64,000 bases of DNA from an uncultured Clostridia bacterium (GCA_947591045.1 CANQCV010000002.1:35075-99074); one strand, 5' to 3'. Shown: positions 51,616 to 62,497, counted from the first letter of the stretch. Program-made: numbers and translations. The notes: generated from the letters alone by a model not told the origin.

Positions 51616-54369
51616 TTATCGTTCAAATATAAAATATCCTTTTGCAGCTCTGTCTATTTCTTCTTTTGTAAATACTCTATCGTTATATCCTAATCCTATT
51701 GCATTACTTCTGTTTGGATCTCTTACACGAATTCCACCATTTGAATCCATATAAAGTAATATAAAATGTCCTTTTTTAGTAAATAATCCTTTTTTTTGTG
51801 AACTAATTACAAGATTGCCTTTACGAAGTTGTGATACTACAGTATCAATGTCTTCTGTTCTAACTACTCTACATGGTAAGTTAAAATGCTCAGTAGCAGC
51901 CTCAAAGAAATCCCAATCGGCTCCTCTTCCTCGTATATAGTATTTGTCTGCACCTTTCCATCCTACTGCTTCCCTTGGCGTAATTATTCTGCCTGTGTAA
52001 TCAGTAGCAACCATTGCAAATGCGGTAGGACCACATCCACTAGCACTAATAGTAGTTGAACCCCAGTGTACATCACTATAATCTCCTTGATAATATACTG
52101 CTCCACCTTCTGTTGAAATAAATCCACTTGTACTATTCTCTTTAAATTTTTGATACCACTCTTGTGCATATCCATATCTTAATGCACTTTCATCTCTTGA
52201 TTCTTCAAAATTATTAGATGATGAAAATGCGATTTCATAATATCTTGCAAAATACCATGTTGCATATTCTAGATCTGATTCATCTGTAGATCTCATAATA
52301 ACATCTCTTGTATCTGAATAATCATCTTCTAGTTCACTCCACATAAAGTCTAATTGCAAATCCACATCAGTCCAATCCACTCCTCTTTCAATTGCAAGTT
52401 GTTTTAAAGCATTTTTTCTATCTTGACTATACCACTGACATAAACCAGATGCTCCATTTTTATATACATTTGCTGGGTCAAAACTGCTTTCTCTTTGTAT
52501 ATTTCCCATAATGGCAGCTGCTCCAACTGGTGGCACTCCTTTTGATAATAAGAAATTGTATACTATTCCTGGTACTCCATCTATATCAACAGTTCCGATA
52601 TATGAACCTCCTCCGTATGAACCTCCACCATATGAACCACTTGTATTTCCGCTTCCAAAATTTACGAATTCTTCTATTTTAAATGTGCTAAAATCATATT
52701 CTTCTACTCCATAATCTCGTCCTGTATATAAATGCAAAGCATATCTCATTATTTGTTCTAGATATTGAGTTTTCGAATCTTGCTGTAATAGTCCAAATAA
52801 TGTTTCTGCACCCGATACAAGATTTAGTCCTGGAGTTTCATATACCTTGCTATTTGGTTTTCTAAATTTATTATCTAATAGTCCTAAAAATCGAGTGTTT
52901 TCGTCTACTTTTTCATCTGTATCAACTCTGTCATTTCCGTTTTTATCTAATATACCTTGTGACCCTTTTTCTCCAAGCCTAGAGCCTGCTTGTCCTCCTG
53001 CTATTTTAGTATATTCTACCTTAGTAGTTTCTTCTGAAGTAGTTATAGATTTTTCTGGTATATATTCCATATCAGTTCCATAATCTAATACTTCTTGTGC
53101 GGTCGGTTTTTTTTCTCCAGTAATTCTTTGAGAACTTTCTGGTTGCTTATTAGTGGTTTCCTTTTTTTCATATAAAATTGATTCTTCGTAAAACCATGTT
53201 TTCACATATGTTAGTTGTACAGTTGGAATTTGCGAACGAGTTATTTTCGATGTAGTTTCTGTAACATCATCTAATGGCATGTCGAAAGTATCTCCAATTG
53301 CATTACCATTAGGCTGGTATGACACTATATGTGGCGTATATTTATTTGTCTCTGTCTTTTTTGTTACTTCGGTTGTATACATTACAGTTATTCTAATTTC
53401 ACTATCTTTTACTAAATCTGCTACGGCTGATACAAATTCAGGATTTTGAGAAATCATATTTAAGTATAAAAAGAAGTTCATTGGTGTTGTGTATTTTGAT
53501 ATAACATTTACATAGTCTATATGTTCTAGGGTTATTTCCCATGGAACATCTTCATAGCCCTTATCTGGTAATTCTCCTGTTGTTTCAATTTCTCCTTCAA
53601 AACTAGGAACTACTAAATAACCGTTATTATCTACTGAAAAATAATTACTAATATCCGATGAACCATTTGTTGCCATTTCTTGCATTTTTTCATATTCTTT
53701 ATATGATAATTGTGTTATTGTTTCTTTTGATTGTTGTGTTGTTCCTCCTTGACCAAGATTGCCTGGTGCCCTCCTATATATTTTAACTGTTCCATAAGTT
53801 TTATTTGGCTCTTTACCTAAATTTCTATCTAGTGTTTCTGTTACTGCTTGTGCTTCAAAAAATTCTTTAATATACTTTCTTAACGCATCTTGATATGCCT
53901 CTTGATATTTTGCTTGTTGTTGTGGATCTAAAGAATTTTGTACACCTACATCTCCTAATAAATCTAAGCCTTCTACCGCAACACCTGTATCTTTAAGAGA
54001 ATTAATAATTAAATCTATTTGATTACTATCAATTTCTATCGCACCATCGCTAGGCATTGAGAAAAAGCTTGTTATACTTTGCCATACCTCACTTATTACA
54101 GATCCTACTCCAGTTATAATTGCATACCAAATTAATACTGGTAATAATATAGATGCAAGCGCTGCAATTAAGACTTTTTTCATAAAAGTCTTATTTTTTA
54201 ATAGGTTTAATGCATCTTTTGCTACTCCTAGCCAATTACTTGTTGCTGCGTTTTTAGCTAAATTTGCTGCATCTTTTACACCTTGTGCAGTTTGTTGTAC
54301 ATCATTTGCAACCTGTTGTCCCTTTTCTTGTAAGTTTTTTTGTTCTCCACCGCCATTTTCTTCGTCCAT
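51616..54369 (-). CDS. T4SS-associated bifunctional peptidoglycan hydrolase (phage-tail-lysozyme-type muramidase domain plus papain-like C39/NlpC-type cysteine peptidase domain)
   Basis: 917 aa; one TM; (GGSY)-type Gly/Ser linker; GAAAIMGNIQRESSFDP..GLCQW lysozyme motif; ASGCGPTAFAMV ... GHFILLY Cys/His pair. Confidence 0.7.
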   Translation of the reverse strand: MDEENGGGEQKNLQEKGQQVANDVQQTAQGVKDAANLAKNAATSNWLGVAKDALNLLKNKTFMKKVLIAALASILLPVLIWYAIITGVGSVISEVWQSITSFFSMPSDGAIEIDSNQIDLIINSLKDTGVAVEGLDLLGDVGVQNSLDPQQQAKYQEAYQDALRKYIKEFFEAQAVTETLDRNLGKEPNKTYGTVKIYRRAPGNLGQGGTTQQSKETITQLSYKEYEKMQEMATNGSSDISNYFSVDNNGYLVVPSFEGEIETTGELPDKGYEDVPWEITLEHIDYVNVISKYTTPMNFFLYLNMISQNPEFVSAVADLVKDSEIRITVMYTTEVTKKTETNKYTPHIVSYQPNGNAIGDTFDMPLDDVTETTSKITRSQIPTVQLTYVKTWFYEESILYEKKETTNKQPESSQRITGEKKPTAQEVLDYGTDMEYIPEKSITTSEETTKVEYTKIAGGQAGSRLGEKGSQGILDKNGNDRVDTDEKVDENTRFLGLLDNKFRKPNSKVYETPGLNLVSGAETLFGLLQQDSKTQYLEQIMRYALHLYTGRDYGVEEYDFSTFKIEEFVNFGSGNTSGSYGGGSYGGGSYIGTVDIDGVPGIVYNFLLSKGVPPVGAAAIMGNIQRESSFDPANVYKNGASGLCQWYSQDRKNALKQLAIERGVDWTDVDLQLDFMWSELEDDYSDTRDVIMRSTDESDLEYATWYFARYYEIAFSSSNNFEESRDESALRYGYAQEWYQKFKENSTSGFISTEGGAVYYQGDYSDVHWGSTTISASGCGPTAFAMVATDYTGRIITPREAVGWKGADKYYIRGRGADWDFFEAATEHFNLPCRVVRTEDIDTVVSQLRKGNLVISSQKKGLFTKKGHFILLYMDSNGGIRVRDPNRSNAIGLGYNDRVFTKEEIDRAAKGYFIFER

Positions 54370-54388
54370 TTTATCACCGCTTTTCTTG

Positions 54389-55330
54389 TTATATCTCTAT
54401 ACTTATACTTACTTTTTGTATATTTTCATCATTTGGATTTTGCAAATATAGCTCTTTATCTAGTATTATATTAGACATTTCTATTTTTTCTATAATTCTA
54501 TATATATCATATATTTTATTAAATCTAATTTCTATATTTTTTGTTTGCATACTATCTACAGACAATTCCTCTATTGAATTCTCATGTATAAAAGAAGAAT
54601 ATTTTACATTATTTTTATCTATTAAACTAATATCTTTGCTATTTTGCCTATCACTTATTAATATTGTTTTATCAGTGTTATTTTTTATTGTTATACTATA
54701 TGTCTCATAGTCTGCATAAACTTCTTTACTATTTATTATTACTTCTATATTGTTTATATTTTGTGATTTGTCTATATTTTTTTTGGTTATAAGATTATTT
54801 ATATTAAGTTTATTTTCTTTGTTTTTAGTTACAACAGTTATATAATCTTCTATTGCTTGATTTGTATTGATATTTCCTGTTGCCATCATATTGTTATCAT
54901 AGTATTTAATTTTATATGTATATTGATTTGTTTCATTTAGCCATAATTCTAGCTTATATGTTCTACTTGTTGAAAATACATTTTTGCAATAACTATTTAC
55001 AAATGAATTTACATCATTATTAAACTGTGCTTTTGACTCTTCTGTTAATAGCAAAAACGCTTTTTCATATTCTTTATTATTACAATTTTGCACAAATTCT
55101 TTTATAATATTTGTATTTTCATCTGTTTTTTCTTCTGAAACATTTTCCCCTGTAATAACAGATTGAATTGGCTTGCCTTTATCTAGTGCTCCTGCTATGT
55201 TCTCACTTGAATGATCTTCTTTTAATATTTGATTAACTATTTGTATAATAGCAAAAATAAAGACTACCACCGCGACTGTAATAATTATTTTGCTCCTATT
55301 TTGATTCCAAAATCTTCTTAAATTTTTCAC
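54389..55330 (-). CDS. hypothetical N-terminally anchored protein (313 aa), GTG start
   Basis: TM IIITVAVVVFIFAIIQIV; RBS AATGGAGGA. Confidence 0.45.
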   Translation of the reverse strand: MKNLRRFWNQNRSKIIITVAVVVFIFAIIQIVNQILKEDHSSENIAGALDKGKPIQSVITGENVSEEKTDENTNIIKEFVQNCNNKEYEKAFLLLTEESKAQFNNDVNSFVNSYCKNVFSTSRTYKLELWLNETNQYTYKIKYYDNNMMATGNINTNQAIEDYITVVTKNKENKLNINNLITKKNIDKSQNINNIEVIINSKEVYADYETYSITIKNNTDKTILISDRQNSKDISLIDKNNVKYSSFIHENSIEELSVDSMQTKNIEIRFNKIYDIYRIIEKIEMSNIILDKELYLQNPNDENIQKVSISIEI

Positions 55331-55354
55331 AATGATAGTCCTCCATTTTTTATT

Positions 55355-57905
55355 TTACATACCCTTTTCGTAATTTACCTTTTTGTATTTACATAATAGT
55401 CTCATCATCTCTTCTGAACGATTCTTTAATTCTGTTTCACTTGTTACACCGCCAATTTTTTAGACCTTTTCTAAAATCTGCTCTTAAATTTTTTCTATAA
55501 TCTGCATTTGTCATTAATTTTCCTTCATCAACATGATCCGCTAATCCCGCAATAGTTTGTGATTGATATTTTGCCATATCATTTCTATCTTTTTCTGAAA
55601 GGTTTTCTGGCAAATCTTTTCTTATATCATTTTCTAGTTTTAATGTTTTTTCAATTGAAGAAAAATCTGTAATTCCAGCATTGTAGTGTTCTATTGCTCT
55701 ATTTTCATAATCATCTAATTCTTTTCTAGTTAATCTAGTTCCATCTTCATTCGTAAAGTTATTTCCAAGATACTGTCTTAGTTCTCCTGACTCCCTTAAC
55801 ATCTGTTCCTGTTTAGCAATTGCCGCTTCTTTTACACCACCATAACGCTGTTCTCTATAACCTTGGCTTAATGCATGTGCAAGTCCTGAATTTGCTACTC
55901 CTTGTCCAAGCATTTGAGCACCTGCTGTACCTAATGTAGCACCAGCTGCACCATACTTAAGTACATCTTCTAGGTCTCCTCCTGCTATTCCTGCTCCTAA
56001 ACCTATTATTGCACCAGTTGCAGCTCCAGCTGTTCTTATAGCTGCTCTTCCTAAGAATCTAGCATTTTTCTTCCAGCCCTCTTTTGTTCCAAATCTATTA
56101 TATAATTTTTCTCCTGTATACCTTCCTGCTGATGTTATAGCTCCACCTATTGATCTTAACACTCCAGATCCTTTTTTATCAGTATTTTCTGCTGATTGTT
56201 GTTGTTCTGGTTGTGGATTTTCTGCTCCATATTGTTCTGCCAATATCTGATTTATATCATCTTCTTCAAGTCCAAGATCTTGTAAGTATTGTCCATATTC
56301 TTCCCTTGAAAGATTACTATTATCAACACTACTTGGATCGTTTGCTCCTGCTTCCATAGCCATAGCTGCTCTTTCTTGTGGATCCCAATCTTGTGTTCCA
56401 TAATTTTCATCATATGCATCTAACATTTGTTGTTGAGGCGTTCTTTCTCCCGTATTATTTTGATTATTTCTATTTTCCTCTTCTTGTGCACCGCCACTTC
56501 CTCCTGCAAATGCTTCATAACCTTTAGGAGCATCATCAGATTTAACTGGTTTATCTTGTGTTCTAATTCTTGCAGGATCTTTTCCTCCTGGTTGACCTCC
56601 TCCTATTCTTTTTGCTCCTCTTGAAACCAAACCTCTCATTGCACTCATAGCAGCTGCTCCTCCGAAGCCTGCTGCAAATGAAGAACCATTTGCTGTGGTT
56701 GCTTGATCAAATTTAAAGAACCTCCTTAATAATTTTTCTGCGTCTGACATAAATGCAAATAGCATGATAGCAAACAGTGGGTTATCAAATGCTATATCTA
56801 TTGCCCCACTAAAGAATACCACATATATAATTAAATGAAATGGTTGTAACAATGCATTAAATATATATTCTTTTAGCCACATATTAAATGCTTGTGCTTT
56901 TCCATCTCCTATTTTGTCTAGTGGATATGTTAATGTTACAAGAGGTGCCATTAAAGTTAGAAAAGCAAGTGTAACCGCCCTTTTCATATAACTCCATGTA
57001 AATTTAAGTGTATATATAATTATTGCCACATAAAATATCATATAGACTGCTCTTTTGTAACCATTTATATTTTGCATCATTAACCTACAATATCCTGTTA
57101 AATTAGTTCTAAAGCTAATACTGTCACCATCTAATGATGTATCATTTATTATTACATTAACATTCATAGCCTCTCCTAATTTATCCGCAATTGATCCAAC
57201 AAAAGTCATAATAAATGACATAATGTAATGTAAAAAGAATAACAAACATACTGCAATAAACCAATCCATTAACATTTGCTTGTATTTTGCTTTATCTGTC
57301 GTAACACTTGTTAACATCATTCTAATACCAACATATAATAATTCTGACAATAAGAAAACTAATACTAGATTTCTTAAAGCATTATACCAACTTGATATAG
57401 TTTTTTGTAATTTATTTGCAACTGATTGATTATTTTCCTTAAATGTAGGATTAATAAAGTTTGCGTCTAGTCCGGCTATTTTATTTGAAAATATCAATTC
57501 TGGGCTATATCTAATAATTGGTATACCATAGCTTGTAAGTCCAAGTGCGCCAAGATTACCATGATCTAGATCAGATGCATTGATTTCCTTCGTTTCTTCC
57601 ACATCTATATACTTAATATCACCATCTAACTTTTGATTATATGTATCTTGGTTATCTACATATTTTCTTACATCAACAACAGCTCCATCCCACCATGCAG
57701 CATCGTCATCAGTATCATTTAGAAACTTTTGTAAAAAAGTTAATATACTATCTCCTATTGCTGCTACCAAATCTAATGTTGGACCTAATACTACTCCCCC
57801 AAAATCTGCTTTCGAATATGTTGGAGCTATGAAATTAAATGATAGCATAATTACAATTGCAATGATTATCTTCTGTGTGAGCTTTTTGTTAGTTAATATT
57901 TTCAT
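55355..57905 (-). CDS. VirB6/TrbL-like polytopic T4SS membrane protein; C-terminus extended by 33 codons if the in-frame CGG (55451..55449) is read as +1
   Basis: Signal-like N-terminus, six or more TM segments, Gly/Ala-rich C-terminal region; the track ORF stops at 55437, and the +1 frame from GGT 55450 stays open to TAA 55357..55355. Confidence 0.6.
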
Positions 57906-57914
57906 ATAATCCCC

Positions 57915-59888
57915 CTATTGATTTGCATATTGTTTCTTTCCTTTTTGCATTAGTTTATTTAAGTTTGTTTCTACAAATTCAAACTCTTTTCTTGTTGGAT
58001 TTATTTGTATAATTGCACTATCTGCTCCAACTTTTAGTAAACCTTCTCCTTTTAAGCAAGTTACTAAAAAGTTTGCCTCTCCCTCGCTTAATTTGAATAC
58101 TTCTTTTAAGTATGCAATTTCTGATTTATCTTGTGCTAAAAATAGTTTTGTATCTGATGATGTAAGTACGGCTTGTGCCTCTGGTTTTTCATAAAAGTCT
58201 TGGAATCTTTGTGAAATGATTGCTAATGATACATTTCTTTTTCTGGCACGCCTTGCCATTGTATTTAAAAAGTCTACTGCTTCTGGGAATGGAAGTAACA
58301 TCCATGCCTCATCTACTAAAACTCTTTTTTTGGCTGCTTTTGTTCTGTCTTCACTATTTTTCTTTACATATTTTTCCCAAATCCATTCTAGTAATATTTG
58401 TTGTGCAAGTGGTCTTGCAAATTTTTCTTCTAGTTGTGATATATCTAAGTTGATAAATAATGAACCCTCTAATAAATCAAATGTAGATTGTCCATCAAAA
58501 TATGCCATTTGTCCGTCATATTCTCTTATGTATTGTTTCATAACTTTTAATAAATAGCTATAATGAAAGTTATAGTCAGGGTTTCTATTTTCTTCTGCCT
58601 TTTTTTGAATTCTTTTATACCAAGAACCAATTGTTGGCATTTCTTTTTTCTTTCTTCCTAGCATGTTTGAATCTCTGCTATCTGCTGTACTTTCAAATAA
58701 ACTATTTGGATCACTATTAATTCCATGTGCTACATATTCTTCTGAAACTGATTCTGCTATGATTTGTTTTGTAAGTTCGTTTACTTCTTCACTTCTTGTA
58801 CTTCCTCTTGCCATTGTGAGTAGAGCTTGTGTTACATCTTCTACTTTATTTTCTACATTTAAAACTGTCCTATCTCTACCTGTTATTTCGTCTTTTATAA
58901 TTTCTGTTTCAATATCAAATATATTGATTACTGTTTTAGATGTTGGGCTAATAACTACATTTATTCCACCTAAGCTCTCTGCAACAATACTATATTCGCC
59001 TTCAGCATCTAGAGCTAAACTTTGAATTCCCATAAGTACTGCTGACCTTGAAATTAAGGTCTTCATAGTAACTGATTTACCAGCTCCTGATTTTGCAAAT
59101 ATAACCATGTTGTAATTTGTAAGTGAGCTGTGGAAATTATCAAATAAAATTGGCACTCCTGTTTGTTTATTAACTCCTAGTGGTACTCCTGATGGATGTC
59201 CAACTTCTGATGTTGTAAATGGGAATACAGTTCCCATTGATCTACGGTCAAAAGTATGTGTTTTTTGTATTTTATTTTCCATTAAAGGTAGATTTGATTG
59301 AAAAGCCTCTTGTTGCATTGCCCACGCGCTTTTTATTCCTACTAATGATTTTGACATTTCTGTTGCAAGTAGTTTTGTATATCTATCTAGGTCTTCTAAG
59401 CTATAAGCAAATAAGGTAGATATAATAGATGCTTCATATAATTTATTGTATCCTGCTGCGATTTCATCTCTTAATTGCTCTGCCTCATATCTTTTTTGTC
59501 CTAAAGTACTTTCTCTATTTATGTTTCCTCTATCTGCTGCTACAATTCTTTCTGTTTCAAGTTCATTTATAACTCTATTTAATTCATTTTGAGATTTTGA
59601 CTCTGCAACTGGTGTAATATATATTGATGTATTTATATCTCCAAACAAGTACAAATCTCTAAATAATTCTGGGAAAGTACACATTCTTGGTAATGCTGAT
59701 ACAAAGAAACTTCTTGCATATCTTGTCACATTTGAAACAATTTCCAAATGGTCAATATTAGTTGCGTCTATTCCTGATGGAGCTATTAATTGCTTAATAG
59801 TTTTCTTTTTTAAAATTTTAAATTCATCTGGTTTTGTATAATCACTATGCTGTCTTTGCTCTTCTTCTCTTTGTCTTTTCTTTGACAT
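57915..59888 (-). CDS. VirB4-family T4SS ATPase (TcpF/ConE/PrgJ-like)
   Basis: 657 aa; N-terminus IAPSGID..YARSFFVSALPR; Walker A FAKSGAGKS; Walker B RVLVDEAW. Confidence 0.8.
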   Translation of the reverse strand: MSKKRQREEEQRQHSDYTKPDEFKILKKKTIKQLIAPSGIDATNIDHLEIVSNVTRYARSFFVSALPRMCTFPELFRDLYLFGDINTSIYITPVAESKSQNELNRVINELETERIVAADRGNINRESTLGQKRYEAEQLRDEIAAGYNKLYEASIISTLFAYSLEDLDRYTKLLATEMSKSLVGIKSAWAMQQEAFQSNLPLMENKIQKTHTFDRRSMGTVFPFTTSEVGHPSGVPLGVNKQTGVPILFDNFHSSLTNYNMVIFAKSGAGKSVTMKTLISRSAVLMGIQSLALDAEGEYSIVAESLGGINVVISPTSKTVINIFDIETEIIKDEITGRDRTVLNVENKVEDVTQALLTMARGSTRSEEVNELTKQIIAESVSEEYVAHGINSDPNSLFESTADSRDSNMLGRKKKEMPTIGSWYKRIQKKAEENRNPDYNFHYSYLLKVMKQYIREYDGQMAYFDGQSTFDLLEGSLFINLDISQLEEKFARPLAQQILLEWIWEKYVKKNSEDRTKAAKKRVLVDEAWMLLPFPEAVDFLNTMARRARKRNVSLAIISQRFQDFYEKPEAQAVLTSSDTKLFLAQDKSEIAYLKEVFKLSEGEANFLVTCLKGEGLLKVGADSAIIQINPTRKEFEFVETNLNKLMQKGKKQYANQ

Positions 59889-61095
59889 CTTCTTTTGTAC
59901 CTCCTTTTTGTTTTTCTTTTTTATCTGCTACTTTTTCATTTTTTATTTTTTCTTTTGCTCTATTAGCTATGTCTTGCCCTATTATGCCACTGTTTTGCTC
60001 AACAATTAATTGCGCCATTCTATTTATTAAGCTATCCATGCTGTTTTCTTTTTCTTCTAACTCTTTTTGTTTATCTGATCTTGCTTCAAATACCTTTTCA
60101 TTTGCCTTTTTAAAGGCCTCTTCTTCTATTTTATCATCTAAAACTTTCATCTTTTTATCTAATACATCTGGAGCTGTTGAATATAGCTCATCATATCCTG
60201 CACGCAAAGCTTTATCTAGTCCATAAACTTCTGATTCATCTCTGTTATATGCTACATATAATAGTTCTGCAAGTTCTGTAGAAGTTAGTATTTTTCCATT
60301 TATACCACATGCTGATAATGTTCTTAAAACAGATTGACTTCTTGTATATAACTCTGAAAAAGACATGTTTTTAATTTCTTCTTTATCAAAATTGTTTTGT
60401 CCTAAGTCTTCTGGATAATATGGTATTACAACATAATATTTTTTATTTAATACATTTTTGTTTAAACTCATTCTTTCTGTATTGTATATTATATCTTTTC
60501 CGTATTCTGCTAGGTTTCTTTGTTTTGTAAGTTCATAAAATGCTTTATCTAACTGCTCTTTTGAAAATTTTTCAGAAGAAACCATTTCTTTGTATTGTAA
60601 TTCTTGTCTTTCTAGTTTTTCTTCTATTTGCTTTACTTGTTCTTTGTATGATTCTATACTACTTCCCAAATTTATTGTTCTTGTTTGTGTATATATTTGT
60701 ACTGGATGTCTAATAGTGTTTAGGAATTGAATAAATCCCTCTTCTACAGCATTTTTTTCTACTTCTGACATTAGGTCATAGTTAATTCCTTGGCATTCTA
60801 CTACCATCACAAATTTATTACCATCTTTTTGTATAATCATGTTATCTTCAATTTTGTCAAATTCCATAAAATCCATTACAGACTCTACAGCAAAAGTTTT
60901 TGATTTTGGTAGCTCATTTGTGCCATTTTCTGTTGTATGTATTACTGTTTTTTGTTTTGTATTTTTTCTTTTTGACATAAAATATACTATACATAGGATT
61001 GCAAGTAGTACTACAATAATACAAATTATTATTAATAATATTGTTGTTAAAGTATTTACATCATCAATCATTTTCTTTTTCCTCCCTATATACAT
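59845..61095 (-). CDS. membrane-anchored coiled-coil protein with a VirB4-N-terminal-like domain but no NTPase motifs
   Basis: 416 aa; TM; FMEFDKIEDNMIIQKDGNKFVMVVECQGINYDLMSEVEKNAVEEGFIQFLNTIRHPVQIY parallels the N-domain of the adjacent VirB4. Confidence 0.45.
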   Translation of the reverse strand: MYIGRKKKMIDDVNTLTTILLIIICIIVVLLAILCIVYFMSKRKNTKQKTVIHTTENGTNELPKSKTFAVESVMDFMEFDKIEDNMIIQKDGNKFVMVVECQGINYDLMSEVEKNAVEEGFIQFLNTIRHPVQIYTQTRTINLGSSIESYKEQVKQIEEKLERQELQYKEMVSSEKFSKEQLDKAFYELTKQRNLAEYGKDIIYNTERMSLNKNVLNKKYYVVIPYYPEDLGQNNFDKEEIKNMSFSELYTRSQSVLRTLSACGINGKILTSTELAELLYVAYNRDESEVYGLDKALRAGYDELYSTAPDVLDKKMKVLDDKIEEEAFKKANEKVFEARSDKQKELEEKENSMDSLINRMAQLIVEQNSGIIGQDIANRAKEKIKNEKVADKKEKQKGGTKEDVKEKTKRRRAKTA

Positions 61096-61408
61096 ATATT
61101 TTCTTTCCTTTTGTCTTAAATTTTATTGCTCTTTTAATAATATCGTCTATGTTTTCTCCACCTGTTTTTTTAGTAAATTCTAATTTTGATATATCTGGTA
61201 CTTTAAATGTTCCAATTATAAATCCTATCAAAGCAAAAAATACAGTAATTCCTATACCTATCATTCTTAAATTTAGCATTGATAAAATTGCATAAAAAAT
61301 TAATCCTACCCCTCCTGCTAATACTGCATAAATTAAACTTTTTCCTGTGAAGATAAATAGGATTCTTCCTTCTCCTTTTACACTTCTCGGTAAATTGTAT
61401 GTTCCCAC
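61064..61408 (-). CDS. PrgI-family (VirB3-like) T4SS membrane protein, GTG start
   Basis: 114 aa; LPRSVKGEGRILFIFTGKSLIY followed by two TM segments, typical PrgI layout and position directly upstream of VirB4. Confidence 0.65.
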   Translation of the reverse strand: MGTYNLPRSVKGEGRILFIFTGKSLIYAVLAGGVGLIFYAILSMLNLRMIGIGITVFFALIGFIIGTFKVPDISKLEFTKKTGGENIDDIIKRAIKFKTKGKKIYVYREEKEND

Positions 61409-61480
61409 AAACAGTTCCTCCTTTGTATAGTTTTATACTTATTATATATTATAACAGAAATAATCGAAAAATGGTAGAAA

Positions 61481-61511
61481 AAATAAAAAAAAGTGCATTT
61501 GTAATGCACTT
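61481..61511 (-). terminator. intra-operon terminator/attenuator after the third pilin-like gene
   Basis: aagtgcat ttgta atgcactt with a T-run on the minus strand. Confidence 0.6.
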
Positions 61512-61521
61512 TTAATATTTT

Positions 61522-61551
61522 TGTAATATATTTGTAATATTTTTGTAATAT
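61522..61551. repeat. three TGTAATAT copies at exact 11-bp phasing
   Basis: tgtaatat at 61522, 61533 and 61544. Confidence 0.85.
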
Positions 61552-61578
61552 TATACTATAGTGTTGTTGTTACCTTTA

Positions 61579-61941
61579 TTATGTTGTTGTTATAGTTTGA
61601 GCCATATTTACTACTACTTTTGCTATTGCTGATGCACCAAAGATTAAAACAGCACCAACTAGATATGGTATCATTGTCTTTTTGTATTCGGCTTTTTCTG
61701 ATGCACTTCCCATCATATATTTAATACCTAATATTAATAGAACAATTACTGAAATAACTACACCAACTGTAGATATAATGTTTGTTATTTTTTGTCCTAT
61801 AGTTGCTATTCCTCCATCCGCGCTATAATCAGGTTTCATTTTGTCTATAATTCCCTCTGCTGCCATAACTGTTGTTGAAAGAAATGATACCATCATAAGT
61901 ATTGTTAATAAAATACTAATTACTTTTACTGTTTTTTTCAT
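61579..61941 (-). CDS. VirB2/TrbC-like pilin-type small membrane protein, paralog 3
   Basis: Signal peptide (..TVMAAEG), then TM-loop-TM: VVISVIVLLILGIKYMMGSASEKAEYKKTMIPYLVGAVLIFGASAIA. Confidence 0.55.
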   Translation of the reverse strand: MKKTVKVISILLTILMMVSFLSTTVMAAEGIIDKMKPDYSADGGIATIGQKITNIISTVGVVISVIVLLILGIKYMMGSASEKAEYKKTMIPYLVGAVLIFGASAIAKVVVNMAQTITTT

Positions 61942-62016
61942 ATATTTTTCCCTCCCTTTTTATTTAATTATATATGTAAATGTATCTCTTTTTTGAGATA
62001 ATTTTAAAAACTAAAA

Positions 62017-62421
62017 TTATGTTGCCGCAGACTGCATAAGTGTTACAACCAATTTCCATATTCCAAAGGCTCCAAATACTACAATACATCCTGCTACATA
62101 TGGAATTAATGTTTCCTTTATTTTTGCTTTTTGTTCAACTCCAGATGTCATAAATTGAATTCCTATAATTAATCCTACTATAACTGCTACTATAACAGCT
62201 ATTACAAACAATATATTGTACATCATATCAGATAACTCTTCTATTTTATCCTCACCAATTTTTTCTCCTGCAGCGCCGTCACCTGCTTGAATGAAAGAGT
62301 CTGCTCCTCTAATTATATCAGATAATCCATATACTTGCATATGAGGTATATTTGATAAAAAAGCATATATTATTATGATACTTAAAATAAATAATATCTT
62401 TAATAATCTTTTTTTCATCAC
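62017..62421 (-). CDS. VirB2/TrbC-like pilin-type small membrane protein, paralog 2 (most divergent)
   Basis: Signal peptide; IAVIVAVIVGLIIGIQFMTSGVEQKAKIKETLIPYVAGCIVVFGAFGIW. Confidence 0.5.
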   Translation of the reverse strand: MMKKRLLKILFILSIIIIYAFLSNIPHMQVYGLSDIIRGADSFIQAGDGAAGEKIGEDKIEELSDMMYNILFVIAVIVAVIVGLIIGIQFMTSGVEQKAKIKETLIPYVAGCIVVFGAFGIWKLVVTLMQSAAT

Positions 62422-62497
62422 ATATCACCCCTATTTATTAGATTATACTACATATTTTTCTATATTTCAACATTTTATTATATATTTATTTTTCTAT

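Noticed and set aside
51616-54369. A prophage, suggested by the phage-tail-lysozyme-type domain.
   Set aside because: There are no capsid, portal, terminase, tail-tube or integrase genes. The neighbours are VirB4, VirB6 and PrgI-like, so the hydrolase belongs to the secretion apparatus.
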